Source of the DNA: Trichormus sp. ATA11-4-KO1
GTDB lineage: Bacteria > Cyanobacteriota > Cyanobacteriia > Cyanobacteriales > Nostocaceae
Length of the DNA stretch: 64,000 nucleotides
Assembly (NCBI GenBank): GCA_019358915.1
Contig: JAHHIM010000015.1
Coordinates: 1-64,000, forward strand
Reading direction: 5' to 3'
Every line of letters begins with the position of its first letter. Position 1 is the stretch's first letter. The translations under genes were made by a program, and so were the position numbers. Shown piece by piece: positions 9,783 through 20,051 of this stretch. Under the pieces are notes generated by a model that did not search any database, had not been told where the DNA came from, and worked only from the letters and a program-made list of their open reading frames with translations.

Positions 9783-12700
9783 ATGACTGAAACTTCCCCT
9801 AAACCCATTGCAACCACCGCCCCTTTACCTGCAAATGAAGGAGAACGCTTAGAGGCACTGCGGCGATACAACATTCTCGACACCCCACCAGAAGCTGCCT
9901 TTGATCGCATCACCTCCCTAGCAGCGCGTTTATTCAATGTGCCGATCGCCCTGGTTTCCCTGGTTGACGAATCGAGAGGCTGGTTTAAATCTGCCTATGG
10001 CTTTGAGATGCGGGAGGTGCAGCGAGATGCGACTATTTGCAGCTTGGCACTATTATCTAACGAGGTATTAGTTATTCCCGACACTAGGCAAGATCCTCGT
10101 CTCGCCTGTAATCCATTTGTCCAAACCGAACCGGGTCTGCGGTTCTATGCCGGCGCGCCATTGCTGACCCAAGATGGCTTCAACTTAGGCACGCTTTGTT
10201 TGTTAGATACACAAACGCGTGATGCCTTAACCGATGAGCAAAAAGCTATCTTAGCGGATCTTGCTGCAATGGTGATGGATGAACTAGAGCTACGACTGGC
10301 AGCCCGGAAAATTGCTCAAATCGATGCAGCGTTGCTAGAAGTGACTCAGGGTATTTCTGCTGTGATGGGTGAAGCATTTTTCTTGGCTTTGGTGCAACAT
10401 TTGAGTAAAGTGCTGGGGGTTGATTATACGTATATTGGTTTAGTGGACGGAGACCACCAGGCAGCAATCCGCACGATCGCCGCCTGTGCCAAGGGGCAGA
10501 TCATCGATAACTCTACATACCTGCTGCATGATACCCCCTGCCAGGAAATACTCCAGCAACGAAAATTGTGCAGCTATCCCCAACGAGTCCAAGCTTTGTT
10601 TCCCAACGCGCCTCTTTTAGAACCTTTAAATGTGGAAAGCTATGTAGCAGTGCCATTCTTTGACACCACGGGCGCGCCTCTGGGCCTACTGGGTGTGATG
10701 GATAGCAAGGCTTTGACAAATGTTCAGCTAGCAGAATCTCTATTAACCATCTTTGCCTTACGCATCGCCACCGAATTGGAACGACAGCAAACAGAAGCAG
10801 CACGGCAAGAAGCCCAGCAGGAATTGCAGCATTTAGTTGCACAACGAACGGCTGAATTATCTCAAGCAAACGAATTACTCTACTTAGAAATTGCGGAACG
10901 ACAGCAAGCCAAAGCAGACCTGGAAAAAGAACAGGAGTTACTCAGAGTGCTGCTTGATCATGTGCAGGCAGGAATCGTAGCGTGTAATGCTGAGGGGATT
11001 TTAACCCTATTTAATCGAGCAGCACGAGAATTTCATGGCTTGCCTGAGCAACCACTGCCACCTGATCAGTGGGCAGATTACTATGACCTGTATTTACCCG
11101 ATGGCAAAACGCGGATGCCCAAAAACGAGATCCCGCTATTTCGAGCGTTACAGGGACAAACAGTTGAGAATTTGGAAATGGTGATTGCGCCCAAACAGGG
11201 AACCGTGAAGACGCTGCTTGCCAGTGGACAGGCGATCGCCGATAGCCAGGGCAGAAAACAGGGGGCAGTCGTCGTGATGCATGACATCACCGAACGCAAA
11301 CAAGCCGAAGCTGAGTTACTGATTTCCGATGTAGCCTTGCAGCAAATGCCCGATGCCATTTTGTTGACCGATTTGGAGGGGAAAATTCAACGCTGGCTGG
11401 GTAATGCCGAGCAAATCTTTGGCTATACAGCAAAAGAGGCGATCGGCAGACACGTTAGCGTTCTCCATCGCTCAGATATGAAAGCGGCGATGACGACCCA
11501 AATGATTCGCTCTATTCAGGAAACCGGAGCATTTTGTGGTGAAGTTCCCTGCCAACGCCAAGATGGATCGGCGGTGCTGATCGAGACAACAGCCAAAACC
11601 GTGTATGACAAAACTGGAAATCCCATCTTTTTCATTGGTATCAACAAAGATATTACCGAGCGCAAACAGGCAGAAGCGGAACGCGCCCAATTGATGCGGC
11701 AACAAGTTCAAGAGCAAACTGCGCGTCTAGAAGCAGAAGCCGACCACAGGCGATCAGCATTTCTGGCAGAAGTCAGCACAGTGTTGGCATCCTCATTAGA
11801 TTATGAATGCACTCTAGCAAGTGTGGCGAATCTGGTAGTGCCGTTCTTTGCGGACTGGTGTGCAATCGACTTGCTGCAAGACAATCAATGCATTCATCGG
11901 GTGGCAGTGGCTCACTGTGATCCCACCAAAGTAGAGTTGGGCTGGGAAATTCATCGGCAATATCCCAGACAAATCGATGCCACGGAGGGAGTGCCCAAGG
12001 TGCTGCGAACTGGGAAAACCGAAATGGCGGCGGAAATTCCAGATACTGTATTGGTGATGGTAGCTCAAGATGCTGAACATCTGCGAATCTTGCGCGAACT
12101 GGGCTTAAAGTCTGGCATTATCTCACCGTTAGTTGCCCGGGGACAGATATTAGGGGCAATTTCCTTTGTCACGGCTGAATCTGATCGCCGTTATACTGAG
12201 GCAGATATGGCGTTGGCAGAAGACATCGCCCATCGAGCTGTGATCGCCATTGATAATGCCCGCCTCTACCGGGAGGCACAGCAATCTGCCGAGCGCATTA
12301 CCCGACTTCAGTCTGTGACGGCTGCTTTTTCCGAATCGCTAACTCCCCTCCAGGTGGCGGATGTGATTGCAGATCAAGGAATTGCGGCTTTGGGTGCTAA
12401 TTTTGCCCTTGTGGCCTTAGTGAATGACACTGGCACTGAACTCGAAGTCGTCCGCATCGTAGGTTGTGAACTTGACCAAATGAACGGTTGGCAGCGTTTT
12501 TCTCTCAATGCGCCCGTGCCTTTGGCAGAAGCCGTACGCACCGGACAGCCGATTTGGGCAGAATCATCACAAAAACGAGCCATCCGCTATCCGCATCTCA
12601 CCGAACAGTATGAGCAGCATCGCTTTGGTGCCTGGATTTCCATTCCTCTAATGGTTGAAGGTCGAGCCGTCGGCGGCATGTCCTTCGCTTTTATTGAGCC

Positions 12701-13946
12701 GCAACAGTTGGATGAGGAGCGGCAAGGGTTTATCTTATCACTGGCACAACAATGTGCCCAGGCGATTACCCGTAGCCGTCTCTACGAAGCAGAAAGCACA
12801 GCCAGAAGTGCGGCAGAAGCTGCCAACCGGGTTAAAGATGAATTCTTGGCGGTGCTGTCCCATGAGTTACGATCGCCTCTCAATCCCATCTTGGGCTGGT
12901 CAAGGCTGCTCCAGAACAACAAACTAGACAAAGCGAAGACGGCACAAGCCCTGGCAACAATTGAGCGCAATGCCAAGCTACAATCTGAACTGATTGAAGA
13001 CTTACTCGATGTCTCCCGAATTTTACAAGGGAAGCTCAACTTGAACGTCAGTCCGGTGAATTTAGCAGCGATTATTCAAGCTGCGATCGAAACCGTGCGG
13101 CTGGCGGCAGAAGCTAAATCCATTGAGATAGAAACAAGTTTTGCTTCTCAGGTGAAACATGTCTTTGGGGACTCAACTCGTTTGCAACAGGTGATTTGGA
13201 ATCTGCTTGCCAATGCCGTTAAATTCACCCCCGCAGGCGGTAAAGTTGAGGTGCGACTAGAGGAGGTGGATAATCAGTCTCAAATCACCGTTAGTGATAA
13301 CGGCAAGGGCTTTCCTTTAGAGTTTTTGCCCTACATATTTGACTACTTCCGTCAAGCCGATAGTACCACAACACGTAAGTTTGGCGGATTGGGATTAGGA
13401 TTGGCGATCGTGCGTCATCTTGTGGAATTACATGGCGGTACCGTTGAGGCAGACAGCCCTGGCGAAGGACTAGGAGCCACTTTTACCGTCAGATTGCCGC
13501 TCATGCCAATTAGTCTAGCAGCAAATCAGGAGGAGCAATTCTCCCAGTCATCCCTCAATCTACAAGGTGTGCAAGTTTTGGTGGTAGATGATGATACCGA
13601 TACACGAGAGTTTATTGTGTTTTTGTTGGAACAAGCTCAGGCCAGCGTCATCTTTGCAACCTCAGCCAGCGAAGCCTTGGCCGCGTTAATGCAATCCCCA
13701 CCGGATATCCTCCTCAGTGACATTGGGATGCCAGAGATGGATGGCTACATGCTCATACAGCAAGTGAGAGCTTTGCCACCAGAGCAGGGTGGGCAAATTC
13801 CGGCGATCGCACTGACTGCTTACGCTGGAGACTTTAATGAAAAACAAGCTCTCGCTGCTGGCTTTCAACGTCATGTAACAAAACCTGTGGAACCCAATGA
13901 GTTAGTTAAGACAATTGTGACATTGCTAAATAGACCTGTTGTATAA
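9783..13946 (+). CDS. Hybrid sensor histidine kinase (GAF-GAF-PAS-PAS-GAF-GAF-HisKA-HATPase-REC)
   Basis: ERLEALRRYNILDT GAF, DITERK PAS ends, LSHELRSPL, NAVKFT, GLGLGL and REC DIGMP...KP. Confidence 0.93.
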   Translation: MTETSPKPIATTAPLPANEGERLEALRRYNILDTPPEAAFDRITSLAARLFNVPIALVSLVDESRGWFKSAYGFEMREVQRDATICSLALLSNEVLVIPDTRQDPRLACNPFVQTEPGLRFYAGAPLLTQDGFNLGTLCLLDTQTRDALTDEQKAILADLAAMVMDELELRLAARKIAQIDAALLEVTQGISAVMGEAFFLALVQHLSKVLGVDYTYIGLVDGDHQAAIRTIAACAKGQIIDNSTYLLHDTPCQEILQQRKLCSYPQRVQALFPNAPLLEPLNVESYVAVPFFDTTGAPLGLLGVMDSKALTNVQLAESLLTIFALRIATELERQQTEAARQEAQQELQHLVAQRTAELSQANELLYLEIAERQQAKADLEKEQELLRVLLDHVQAGIVACNAEGILTLFNRAAREFHGLPEQPLPPDQWADYYDLYLPDGKTRMPKNEIPLFRALQGQTVENLEMVIAPKQGTVKTLLASGQAIADSQGRKQGAVVVMHDITERKQAEAELLISDVALQQMPDAILLTDLEGKIQRWLGNAEQIFGYTAKEAIGRHVSVLHRSDMKAAMTTQMIRSIQETGAFCGEVPCQRQDGSAVLIETTAKTVYDKTGNPIFFIGINKDITERKQAEAERAQLMRQQVQEQTARLEAEADHRRSAFLAEVSTVLASSLDYECTLASVANLVVPFFADWCAIDLLQDNQCIHRVAVAHCDPTKVELGWEIHRQYPRQIDATEGVPKVLRTGKTEMAAEIPDTVLVMVAQDAEHLRILRELGLKSGIISPLVARGQILGAISFVTAESDRRYTEADMALAEDIAHRAVIAIDNARLYREAQQSAERITRLQSVTAAFSESLTPLQVADVIADQGIAALGANFALVALVNDTGTELEVVRIVGCELDQMNGWQRFSLNAPVPLAEAVRTGQPIWAESSQKRAIRYPHLTEQYEQHRFGAWISIPLMVEGRAVGGMSFAFIEPQQLDEERQGFILSLAQQCAQAITRSRLYEAESTARSAAEAANRVKDEFLAVLSHELRSPLNPILGWSRLLQNNKLDKAKTAQALATIERNAKLQSELIEDLLDVSRILQGKLNLNVSPVNLAAIIQAAIETVRLAAEAKSIEIETSFASQVKHVFGDSTRLQQVIWNLLANAVKFTPAGGKVEVRLEEVDNQSQITVSDNGKGFPLEFLPYIFDYFRQADSTTTRKFGGLGLGLAIVRHLVELHGGTVEADSPGEGLGATFTVRLPLMPISLAANQEEQFSQSSLNLQGVQVLVVDDDTDTREFIVFLLEQAQASVIFATSASEALAALMQSPPDILLSDIGMPEMDGYMLIQQVRALPPEQGGQIPAIALTAYAGDFNEKQALAAGFQRHVTKPVEPNELVKTIVTLLNRPVV

Positions 13947-14101
13947 GTTCAGTAGTAGCTATGTCTGTATTATTACTATATATTTGCGATAATAACATTA
14001 ATTTTATGCATTATTTGCATGACTACGGATGCACTAAAGTGTAATGGGTGCGATCCTATTCAGTAGGAATAGAGTAGTTGATGGCATATTACAGACTAAT
14101 T

Positions 14102-14131
14102 CCCCTGGTACTGACCAGGGGTTTTTATTTT
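14102..14131 (+). terminator. Intrinsic terminator
   Basis: CCCCTGGT-actg-ACCAGGGG followed by TTTTTATTTT. Confidence 0.65.
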
Positions 14132-14303
14132 TAACTTTTGCGTAGCGGAATACCAATTCACCAAAATTCAGCAACAAATCCAAACTGAGAAACCCCTGTG
14201 AAATCTGGCTTTCTTCATTGTGAATTTTGAATTGGTATGAGCAATCAAGACCGTCCTCACCTATGTGACTACGGTAATAAATTTTAAGACTTGTAAAGCC
14301 TGA

Positions 14304-14335
14304 TAGATTCTCTAGTTGGCTAGAGAGTTTAGGAT
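14304..14335 (+). promoter_or_regulatory. Candidate MerR/CueR-type promoter-operator for copZ-copA
   Basis: TAGATT, 20-nt spacer, TAGGAT; a perfect dyad TCTCTAG-ttgg-CTAGAGA (14309-14326) spans the spacer, upstream of copZ. Confidence 0.6.
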
Positions 14336-14517
14336 AAATATTGAGGTATATCTCAATCAAAAAAGCTGACTTTAGTCGAGATGTCCCCTTGCAGTCATCA
14401 AAATGATGATTTACCACAATTAAATAGCATTTGAGATGGCTGTGTTATTTTTGCAGACTGCAATTCAGCAGATGCAAGCTTGGTTTTGATAGGTTTTTCA
14501 TTCAGTACCGTAAATTT

Positions 14518-14712
14518 ATGACACTCCAACTTACAGTTCCTAACATGGCTTGTTCTGCTTGTGCCAACACTATTACCAATGCAGTGAAAACAGTTGATGC
14601 CAACGCTAATATTCAAGCTGATCCACAAACCAAACTTGTGAGCGTAGACACTCAAGCATCAGAAACAGCCATTAAGGAGGCATTAGCGGCCGCAGGCTAT
14701 CCAGCTGCCTAA
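14518..14712 (+). CDS. Heavy-metal-associated (HMA) copper chaperone, CopZ/Atx1-like
   Basis: MACSAC metal-binding motif and C-terminal AAAGY. Confidence 0.9.
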   Translation: MTLQLTVPNMACSACANTITNAVKTVDANANIQADPQTKLVSVDTQASETAIKEALAAAGYPAA

Positions 14713-14736
14713 GACGCGACTTCCAGTCATTCGGGC

Positions 14737-15565
14737 TTGGTGCAAAAATCAAGCTTCATATTTACATCAGTCCGGCAACTCATGGGACTGCAACCCAAAA
14801 ATGCCAGAGTCATCCGTGATGGTGTAAAAATGGATATTCCCATTGCAGAAGTCCAAATCAACGATGTGATTTTGGTACGTCCTGGTGAAAAAATTCCGGT
14901 AGATGGCGAGGTGATTGCAGGGGCTTCAACTGTAGATGAGGCTATGGTGACAGGTGAAAGTGTACCAGTGCAAAAGCAAATAGGAGATGAGGTAATTGGT
15001 GCCACGATTAACAAAACTGGTAGTTTTCAGTTTCGGGTGACACGAGTTGGCAAAGATACGTTTTTGTCGCAGATTGTCAAATTAGTCCAGCAAGCACAAG
15101 GTTCTAAAGCACCAATTCAGCGATTAGCAGATCAAGTGACGGGATGGTTTGTACCAGTTGTGATTGCCATTGTGATCGCCACTTTTGTCATTTGGTTTAA
15201 CTTCATGGGCAACTTTACCTTTGCCGCAGTCAAAACCCTACAAAAGTTAGGCTTAGAAGTAGTCATGCTGACCGGAGATAACCGGAAAACCGCAGAAGCG
15301 ATCACCCAAGAAGTTGGTATTCAGCGAGTTTTTCCCGAAGTGCGTCCAGACCAAAAAGCAGCCATGATCCAATTCCTTCAGCAAGAAGGACTAAAGAAAA
15401 AGCACTCAGCACCCAGCACTCAGCACTCAGCACTCAGAAAGGCACTCTCTAGTAGCAATGGTAGGTGATGGTATTAATGATGCCCCAGCGATGGCTTTAT
15501 CTTCGGTCTCTGTGGTGAAAAATGCCCTGAGATTGCGTAAATTCCAACCAAAAGTTATTTCCTAA
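14737..15565 (+). pseudogene. Collapsed copper-translocating P1B-type ATPase (copA/pacS-like) with several large deletions and a frameshift
   Basis: Retains the A-domain ([14 protein letters not shown]), [19 protein letters not shown] (second frame) and MALSSVSVV..ALRL. Lacks the N-terminal HMA/TM region, CPC, DKTGT and the N-domain. Confidence 0.85.
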
Positions 15566-15566
15566 A

Positions 15567-16007
15567 ATGTTCAGTAAAAATCCGTTTTGGGCCAGCCTTA
15601 CAAAGAAAGGCAGAGGGCAGAGGGCAGAAGGCAGAAGGAAAGGAGCATCAATAAAAACTTTAGTTCTGGGTCTAAAGCCCAGTTAAAAAAAAGAATTGTA
15701 TCGAGACGCGTAGCGCAAGATACAAAGCTTCCTTGCTTCAATCCCACGTTTTTAAACGTGGGTTCCCTTCTGCCTCCTGCCTTCGTACTTCTGCCTTCTG
15801 AACGCTTTAGGGCTAGTCCTGGGAACTGCATCAGCTGCCATGCCAACAACTTCCTCGTCAGGGCAAACTAGCCAGTTTAAATCCATCGACCAACCGTTAG
15901 GCATGAAAATTGGTGTGACTATCGGTGGTTTAGCATTAATGGGACTAGAACTATGATGGTTTCTGTTGAGTAAATCACAAACACAAACGAACCGCAAAGG
16001 AAACTAG
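15567..16007 (+). pseudogene. Disrupted small membrane/exported gene resembling the N-terminal part of the copA-associated cupredoxin-domain protein
   Basis: MFSKNPFWASLT-[insertion]-ALGLVLGTASAAMP...QFKSIDQPLGMKIGVTIGGLALMGLEL*WFLLSK, with an internal TGA at the WW position. Confidence 0.55.
15604..15800. mobile_element. ~200-bp MITE-like repeat with heptamer (GGCAGAR / YTCTGCC) inverted ends and two internal hairpins
   Basis: ggcagagggcagagggcagaaggcagaagg at left, ctgcctcctgcc...ttctgccttctg at right; hairpins CTGGG..CCCAG and CCCACGTTT-tt-AAACGTGGG; interrupts an ORF. Confidence 0.65.
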
Positions 16008-16201
16008 GGAAATTGAAGAGTCTTTGCGTAAACCTCCATAAAAGAAGCGATCGCAGTTCCGTACAGCGATCGCCTGATTAATCCCTAGCCACAGGAATCA
16101 ATCATGAAAATTGTAATTCCTCCAAGGTCACAAATGATTGTAGTGGCACGCCCCCCATCTCCACATTAGTGAGATAGAAGGCGGATTTCCTCTTCTGTGT
16201 C

Positions 16202-16633
16202 CTAAACCTGTTGGATAATCGGGCAGATAGCATCCTCTGGTTGATCAGTTGGATTCTTCCAGCCTGATAGTAATTCCCCAATTTCCGAACGTAAGGTGAA
16301 CAACTGATCAATTTGGCGATCAATCTTTGAAAGCTTTTCTGCTAACTTTTCTTTGATTTCACCACAAGGAGGTTGTCCTTGGTCATAGACTTGAAGAATA
16401 TCTCGAATTTCTTCCAGACTCAAACCTAAGTTTTGCGCTCTTTTAATGAAAGCTAGGCGAGTTAGCACATCCATAGAAAACTGGCGAAAGCCCCCTTCTG
16501 TACGTCTTGATGATTCGACTAAACCAATACTTTCGTAATAGCGAATTGTTCTAATAGGGATTCCGCTCAGATTTGTGACTTGACCAATTAAAAGTAGTTT
16601 TTCATCCTGAATTAACACGGCATATTTTCCCAA
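16202..16633 (-). CDS. MerR-family heavy-metal-responsive regulator (CueR-like)
   Basis: IGQV..TIRYYESIGL..RTEGGFRQF, GLSLEEI, PPC and C-terminal ICPII; real start may be GTG at ~16618. Confidence 0.92.
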   Translation of the reverse strand: MGKYAVLIQDEKLLLIGQVTNLSGIPIRTIRYYESIGLVESSRRTEGGFRQFSMDVLTRLAFIKRAQNLGLSLEEIRDILQVYDQGQPPCGEIKEKLAEKLSKIDRQIDQLFTLRSEIGELLSGWKNPTDQPEDAICPIIQQV

Positions 16634-16965
16634 CTCTGGTAATTATTATGACATATTTCCCGGATTGTTAACATATTTTAGAGATTAGCAAAATATTGTT
16701 ATTAGTAGCTAAAATTTTTAGTAAATTAGAGATTTTACTAAGTTTTTGTTTTTCAAATATATATCCACCGTCAATGTCAGTATCTATCAGCTTTTATTTA
16801 ATTGGTAAAATTTTAACATTTTATTAGTAGTTATTTAGCTTTCCTCTTCTAAAATTTATTAATCAAATTGGATAATTATCTTTCCCAGTACTAAAAGTAA
16901 CTGTTTGCTTGAGATTAACATGCTAATTCTAGATTAACCGCTTCACTTTAAGTGAATCTCTGAAA

Positions 16966-18054
16966 ATGAATGTTAACTCGCAGAATCTTAGCTCAATCCG
17001 TAAAAATAAAACTTTCAATAATCCAGAACGTTTTATTGAGGGATGGTATTGGGTATTACCATCTCAAAATCTGCGGGTAGGAGATGTCAAAGCCGTCACA
17101 ATTTTGGGCAGAGAATTAGCAATTTACCGTGGTAAAGATAAAAGAGTAGTTACCTGTGATGCCTACTGTCCGCACATGGGTGCACACCTTGGCGAAGGCA
17201 ACGTTAAGGGTAATGAATTGCGTTGTTTTTTTCATCACTGGAAGTTTGATGCGGAAGGAATATGTGTTGATATTCCATGTTTAGATGAGCCGCTTCCCAT
17301 CAAGATTAGAACTTGGCCAACTGCTGAGAAATATGGATTAATTTGGATTTGGACTGGAGACATTCCCAAACACCCCATACCTTCGGCTCCAGAGTTGGAA
17401 TATAAAGAGTTTGATTTTACCTTTGGCCCCCGTATAGTGATGAACTCTCATCCTCACGTGGTCATGATTAATGCCATCGATATTCAACATTTCAATACAG
17501 TTCACAAACTGGCATCAGACATTGTCTTTGAGAAACAAGAGTTACATCAAAATGCTATTACCTTCGTTAATACAAAATATGATGGCAGAGAAGCTTTTTT
17601 TATCAAAGTTATCCGTCCCTTCTACAAAAATGCTATTACATACAGGGTTTGCTATTGGTACGGTAGTACTGGCATAGTCACAATTGGCACTGATTTCCTT
17701 CATGTGCACATTATGTTTACTCTGCGCCTCCTGGAAGCAGGAAAATCTGCCGCTCAGTCTCTAATAATGATTAAAAAACGTCAGGGTATTTTTGGTTGGT
17801 TATACAATCTATTTGTGCTGTGGCTGGCCAAAACTTTTGTTAAACACTTTATTCAAGGTGACACTAAGGTGTTTCAGACGATGCAATTTAATTTAAAAAC
17901 TCCCATCAAGGCAGATCAGTCAATCATGCAGTTTATTAACCATCTTGAAAGGCAAAAACCCTTGAACTGGGGTACTTGGAATTTAGCGCGATCGCAAAAT
18001 TTAGAAATTAAAGAAAGTCGCGAAAAATGGCGTGATGCGCTGTCTAATGACTAA
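16966..18054 (+). CDS. Rieske [2Fe-2S] non-heme iron oxygenase alpha subunit
   Basis: CPHMGAHL...CFFHHW Rieske motif; NAIDIQHFNTVH mononuclear-iron motif. Confidence 0.9.
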   Translation: MNVNSQNLSSIRKNKTFNNPERFIEGWYWVLPSQNLRVGDVKAVTILGRELAIYRGKDKRVVTCDAYCPHMGAHLGEGNVKGNELRCFFHHWKFDAEGICVDIPCLDEPLPIKIRTWPTAEKYGLIWIWTGDIPKHPIPSAPELEYKEFDFTFGPRIVMNSHPHVVMINAIDIQHFNTVHKLASDIVFEKQELHQNAITFVNTKYDGREAFFIKVIRPFYKNAITYRVCYWYGSTGIVTIGTDFLHVHIMFTLRLLEAGKSAAQSLIMIKKRQGIFGWLYNLFVLWLAKTFVKHFIQGDTKVFQTMQFNLKTPIKADQSIMQFINHLERQKPLNWGTWNLARSQNLEIKESREKWRDALSND

Positions 18055-18144
18055 TTAAAATTAAATAAAAACTAAAAAGTAAAATTTACTTGCTTTTTCG
18101 TCTTTTGTGAATACTTTCTTTGGTGGTCTACCATTCTCATAAAA

Positions 18145-18167
18145 ATGAAGTGGCAAAGCCACTTCAT
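18145..18167. terminator. Hairpin downstream of Rieske gene (terminator/REP-like)
   Basis: ATGAAGTGGC-aaa-GCCACTTCAT. Confidence 0.45.
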
Positions 18168-18676
18168 AATTCCCAGGTAGAACCTAACAATGAGTATAAC
18201 GACTATAAAAACTGAAAATAGTATAAATTAACACTAATTAATTTGACATTTCTGTTATCTTCGCTTTTTAGATTAAGGTATGCTAATTTGTATCCTGCAA
18301 ATAACTGTATATTTAGCACTATTTACAATTGGCATTTCATCGCTAAGACGCGATCGTTGAGTGCTGAGTAAAGAAAAGTATTGGGCGATTAGAAGTCGCT
18401 ACTACACAAACAAAGTCCACCTGCGCGGACTAAGACAAAGTAAGGGTTTTGAACCCACGTAGGTGGCCTTCTCTTCGGGAAGACGCTATGCGTCATGTCT
18501 GTGTAGCCGCCGTCATTAACGTGAGTCTCCAACGGAGGCGCACCTGCGGGAAGAGCAAAAGAAACATAATCCTCCGTACTTTTTATTCCTTTGTATTTTT
18601 TACTCCTCACTCAGCACTATTTCCTAGGAGTTCGACAAGTGAAAAATACCCCTCTCCGAACCTCTTCCCTTGCAGG

Positions 18677-19366
18677 CTACGGTGTACACATATTTTGTCG
18701 AAGACTGCGTTTATAGGTTTTTTCACGGTTAAGGGCATTGAGAGCCAAACGTCGTAAAATGGCAAAATTATGGGGACTATGGAAAGAACGAATGCGACAA
18801 GCATCTTTTTTTAAGGTACAATCGAGAGTCCAATGAACATCGTTTTCAATGCCCCAATACTTGCGGATAGCCCGACCGATAATTTGAGCATCACTGTTTA
18901 AAGAAGTGAGATGATACCAATTCGCAATTCGCAATTCGCAATAGAGCCTACGGATGCCGCCAGGCTGTACGCAATTGAATCAAGCCCGACACTAGGGGGA
19001 GCCACTGCGGTGGACGGGTTCCCCGGCATAAAGCAAGTGGCGTTAGGGTTTCTACCTACCTTGGGATATAAGGACTGTTTCGCCCACAATTCCACTCGGT
19101 TTTAAACCTTCACTTTTTTCATAAAGCTCACCAATAGCCGCAATGGGTACAGTCCAAACTTCACGAATTTCTGTGCGATGATGTCCTTTTTCAATCCGTT
19201 TGTCATAACTAACATTAATCCCCGAAAATTGCTCTGCTTGCGCTTTGTCAAACCATTCTTTGACTTGAGAATAGAGGGTGGGATGGTTAGCTTTCAGTGC
19301 CAAGACATAATCGGCTTTCTTGTCGATAATCTGTTTGGCAATTTCAGTTTGTGTCCCCATTGCATC
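18677..19366 (-). pseudogene. ISAs1-family transposase remnant, interrupted by a ~190-bp repeat insertion (~18918-19110)
   Basis: DAMGTQTEIAKQI..DYVLALKANHPTLY..KGHHRTEIR and LTSL...WGIENDVHWTLD...DACRIR motifs. Confidence 0.85.
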
Positions 19367-19407
19367 TTGACTACCTACCTCTAATAATCGAGTAAATTCA
19401 TCACTTA

Positions 19408-20025
19408 TTATTGACCAGCATTAAAAACTTGTTCCGCCGTCAAATTTAACTCAGGGAAAGTAGGAGATATGATTTTATCGCTACCCCGAAACTGACTGAC
19501 TTGGTATTCTCCATCAATTAGTTGATAAACTGAAAAAGTGGGTTGTTTAGGATTACCGATAAACTTCCTAGCTCCCAATGCTGCATAGTCAACAATCCAA
19601 TATTCAGGAATGCCCATCTCCTCATAATCAGCCAGCTTCAGATAGTAATCATCGCGCCAATTTGTACTGACAACCTCAATAACTAAAGGAATTGATGTAC
19701 CCTTAGTCACAGTAGAAGATTTTTCCCAAAGCGGTTCATCAACTAAAGCAGCGTCATTGAGGATTAAGACATCTGGGAAATAACCTGATTCTCTTTGGGG
19801 TGGTCTGACTATTGCTTGATTAGGGATAAAGTAGGGGAGATTTAATCGTCTAAACTCTACAGTCAATTCAGCCGCAGAAAATCCTTTTATCCTTTCATGC
19901 TTCCCTGTAGGCTGTGCCATTTCGACAATTTCCCCATTGTGCAGTTCGTAGCGTACCCCTGAGTTTTCGGGATACCACGCGATAAAGTCGTCAAAGGTAA
20001 CTATTTTTGATAAGGCTTGGGTCAT
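19408..20025 (-). CDS. Uma2-family (PD-(D/E)XK) endonuclease-like protein
   Basis: YELHNGEIVEM, PDV, LVIEVVSTNW, YEEMGIPEYWIVD. Confidence 0.9.
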   Translation of the reverse strand: MTQALSKIVTFDDFIAWYPENSGVRYELHNGEIVEMAQPTGKHERIKGFSAAELTVEFRRLNLPYFIPNQAIVRPPQRESGYFPDVLILNDAALVDEPLWEKSSTVTKGTSIPLVIEVVSTNWRDDYYLKLADYEEMGIPEYWIVDYAALGARKFIGNPKQPTFSVYQLIDGEYQVSQFRGSDKIISPTFPELNLTAEQVFNAGQ

Positions 20026-20051
20026 AAGAATTGATGACTGTGGGTTTGCTT

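Noticed and set aside
14034..14417. 127-aa minus-strand ORF
   Set aside because: No recognisable motif, and it overlaps a terminator and the MerR-type promoter; likely spurious.
16966..18054. Rieske oxygenase as part of the PKS pathway
   Set aside because: It is 6 kb away, separated by IS and restriction-modification debris, and followed by its own hairpin; nothing links it directly.
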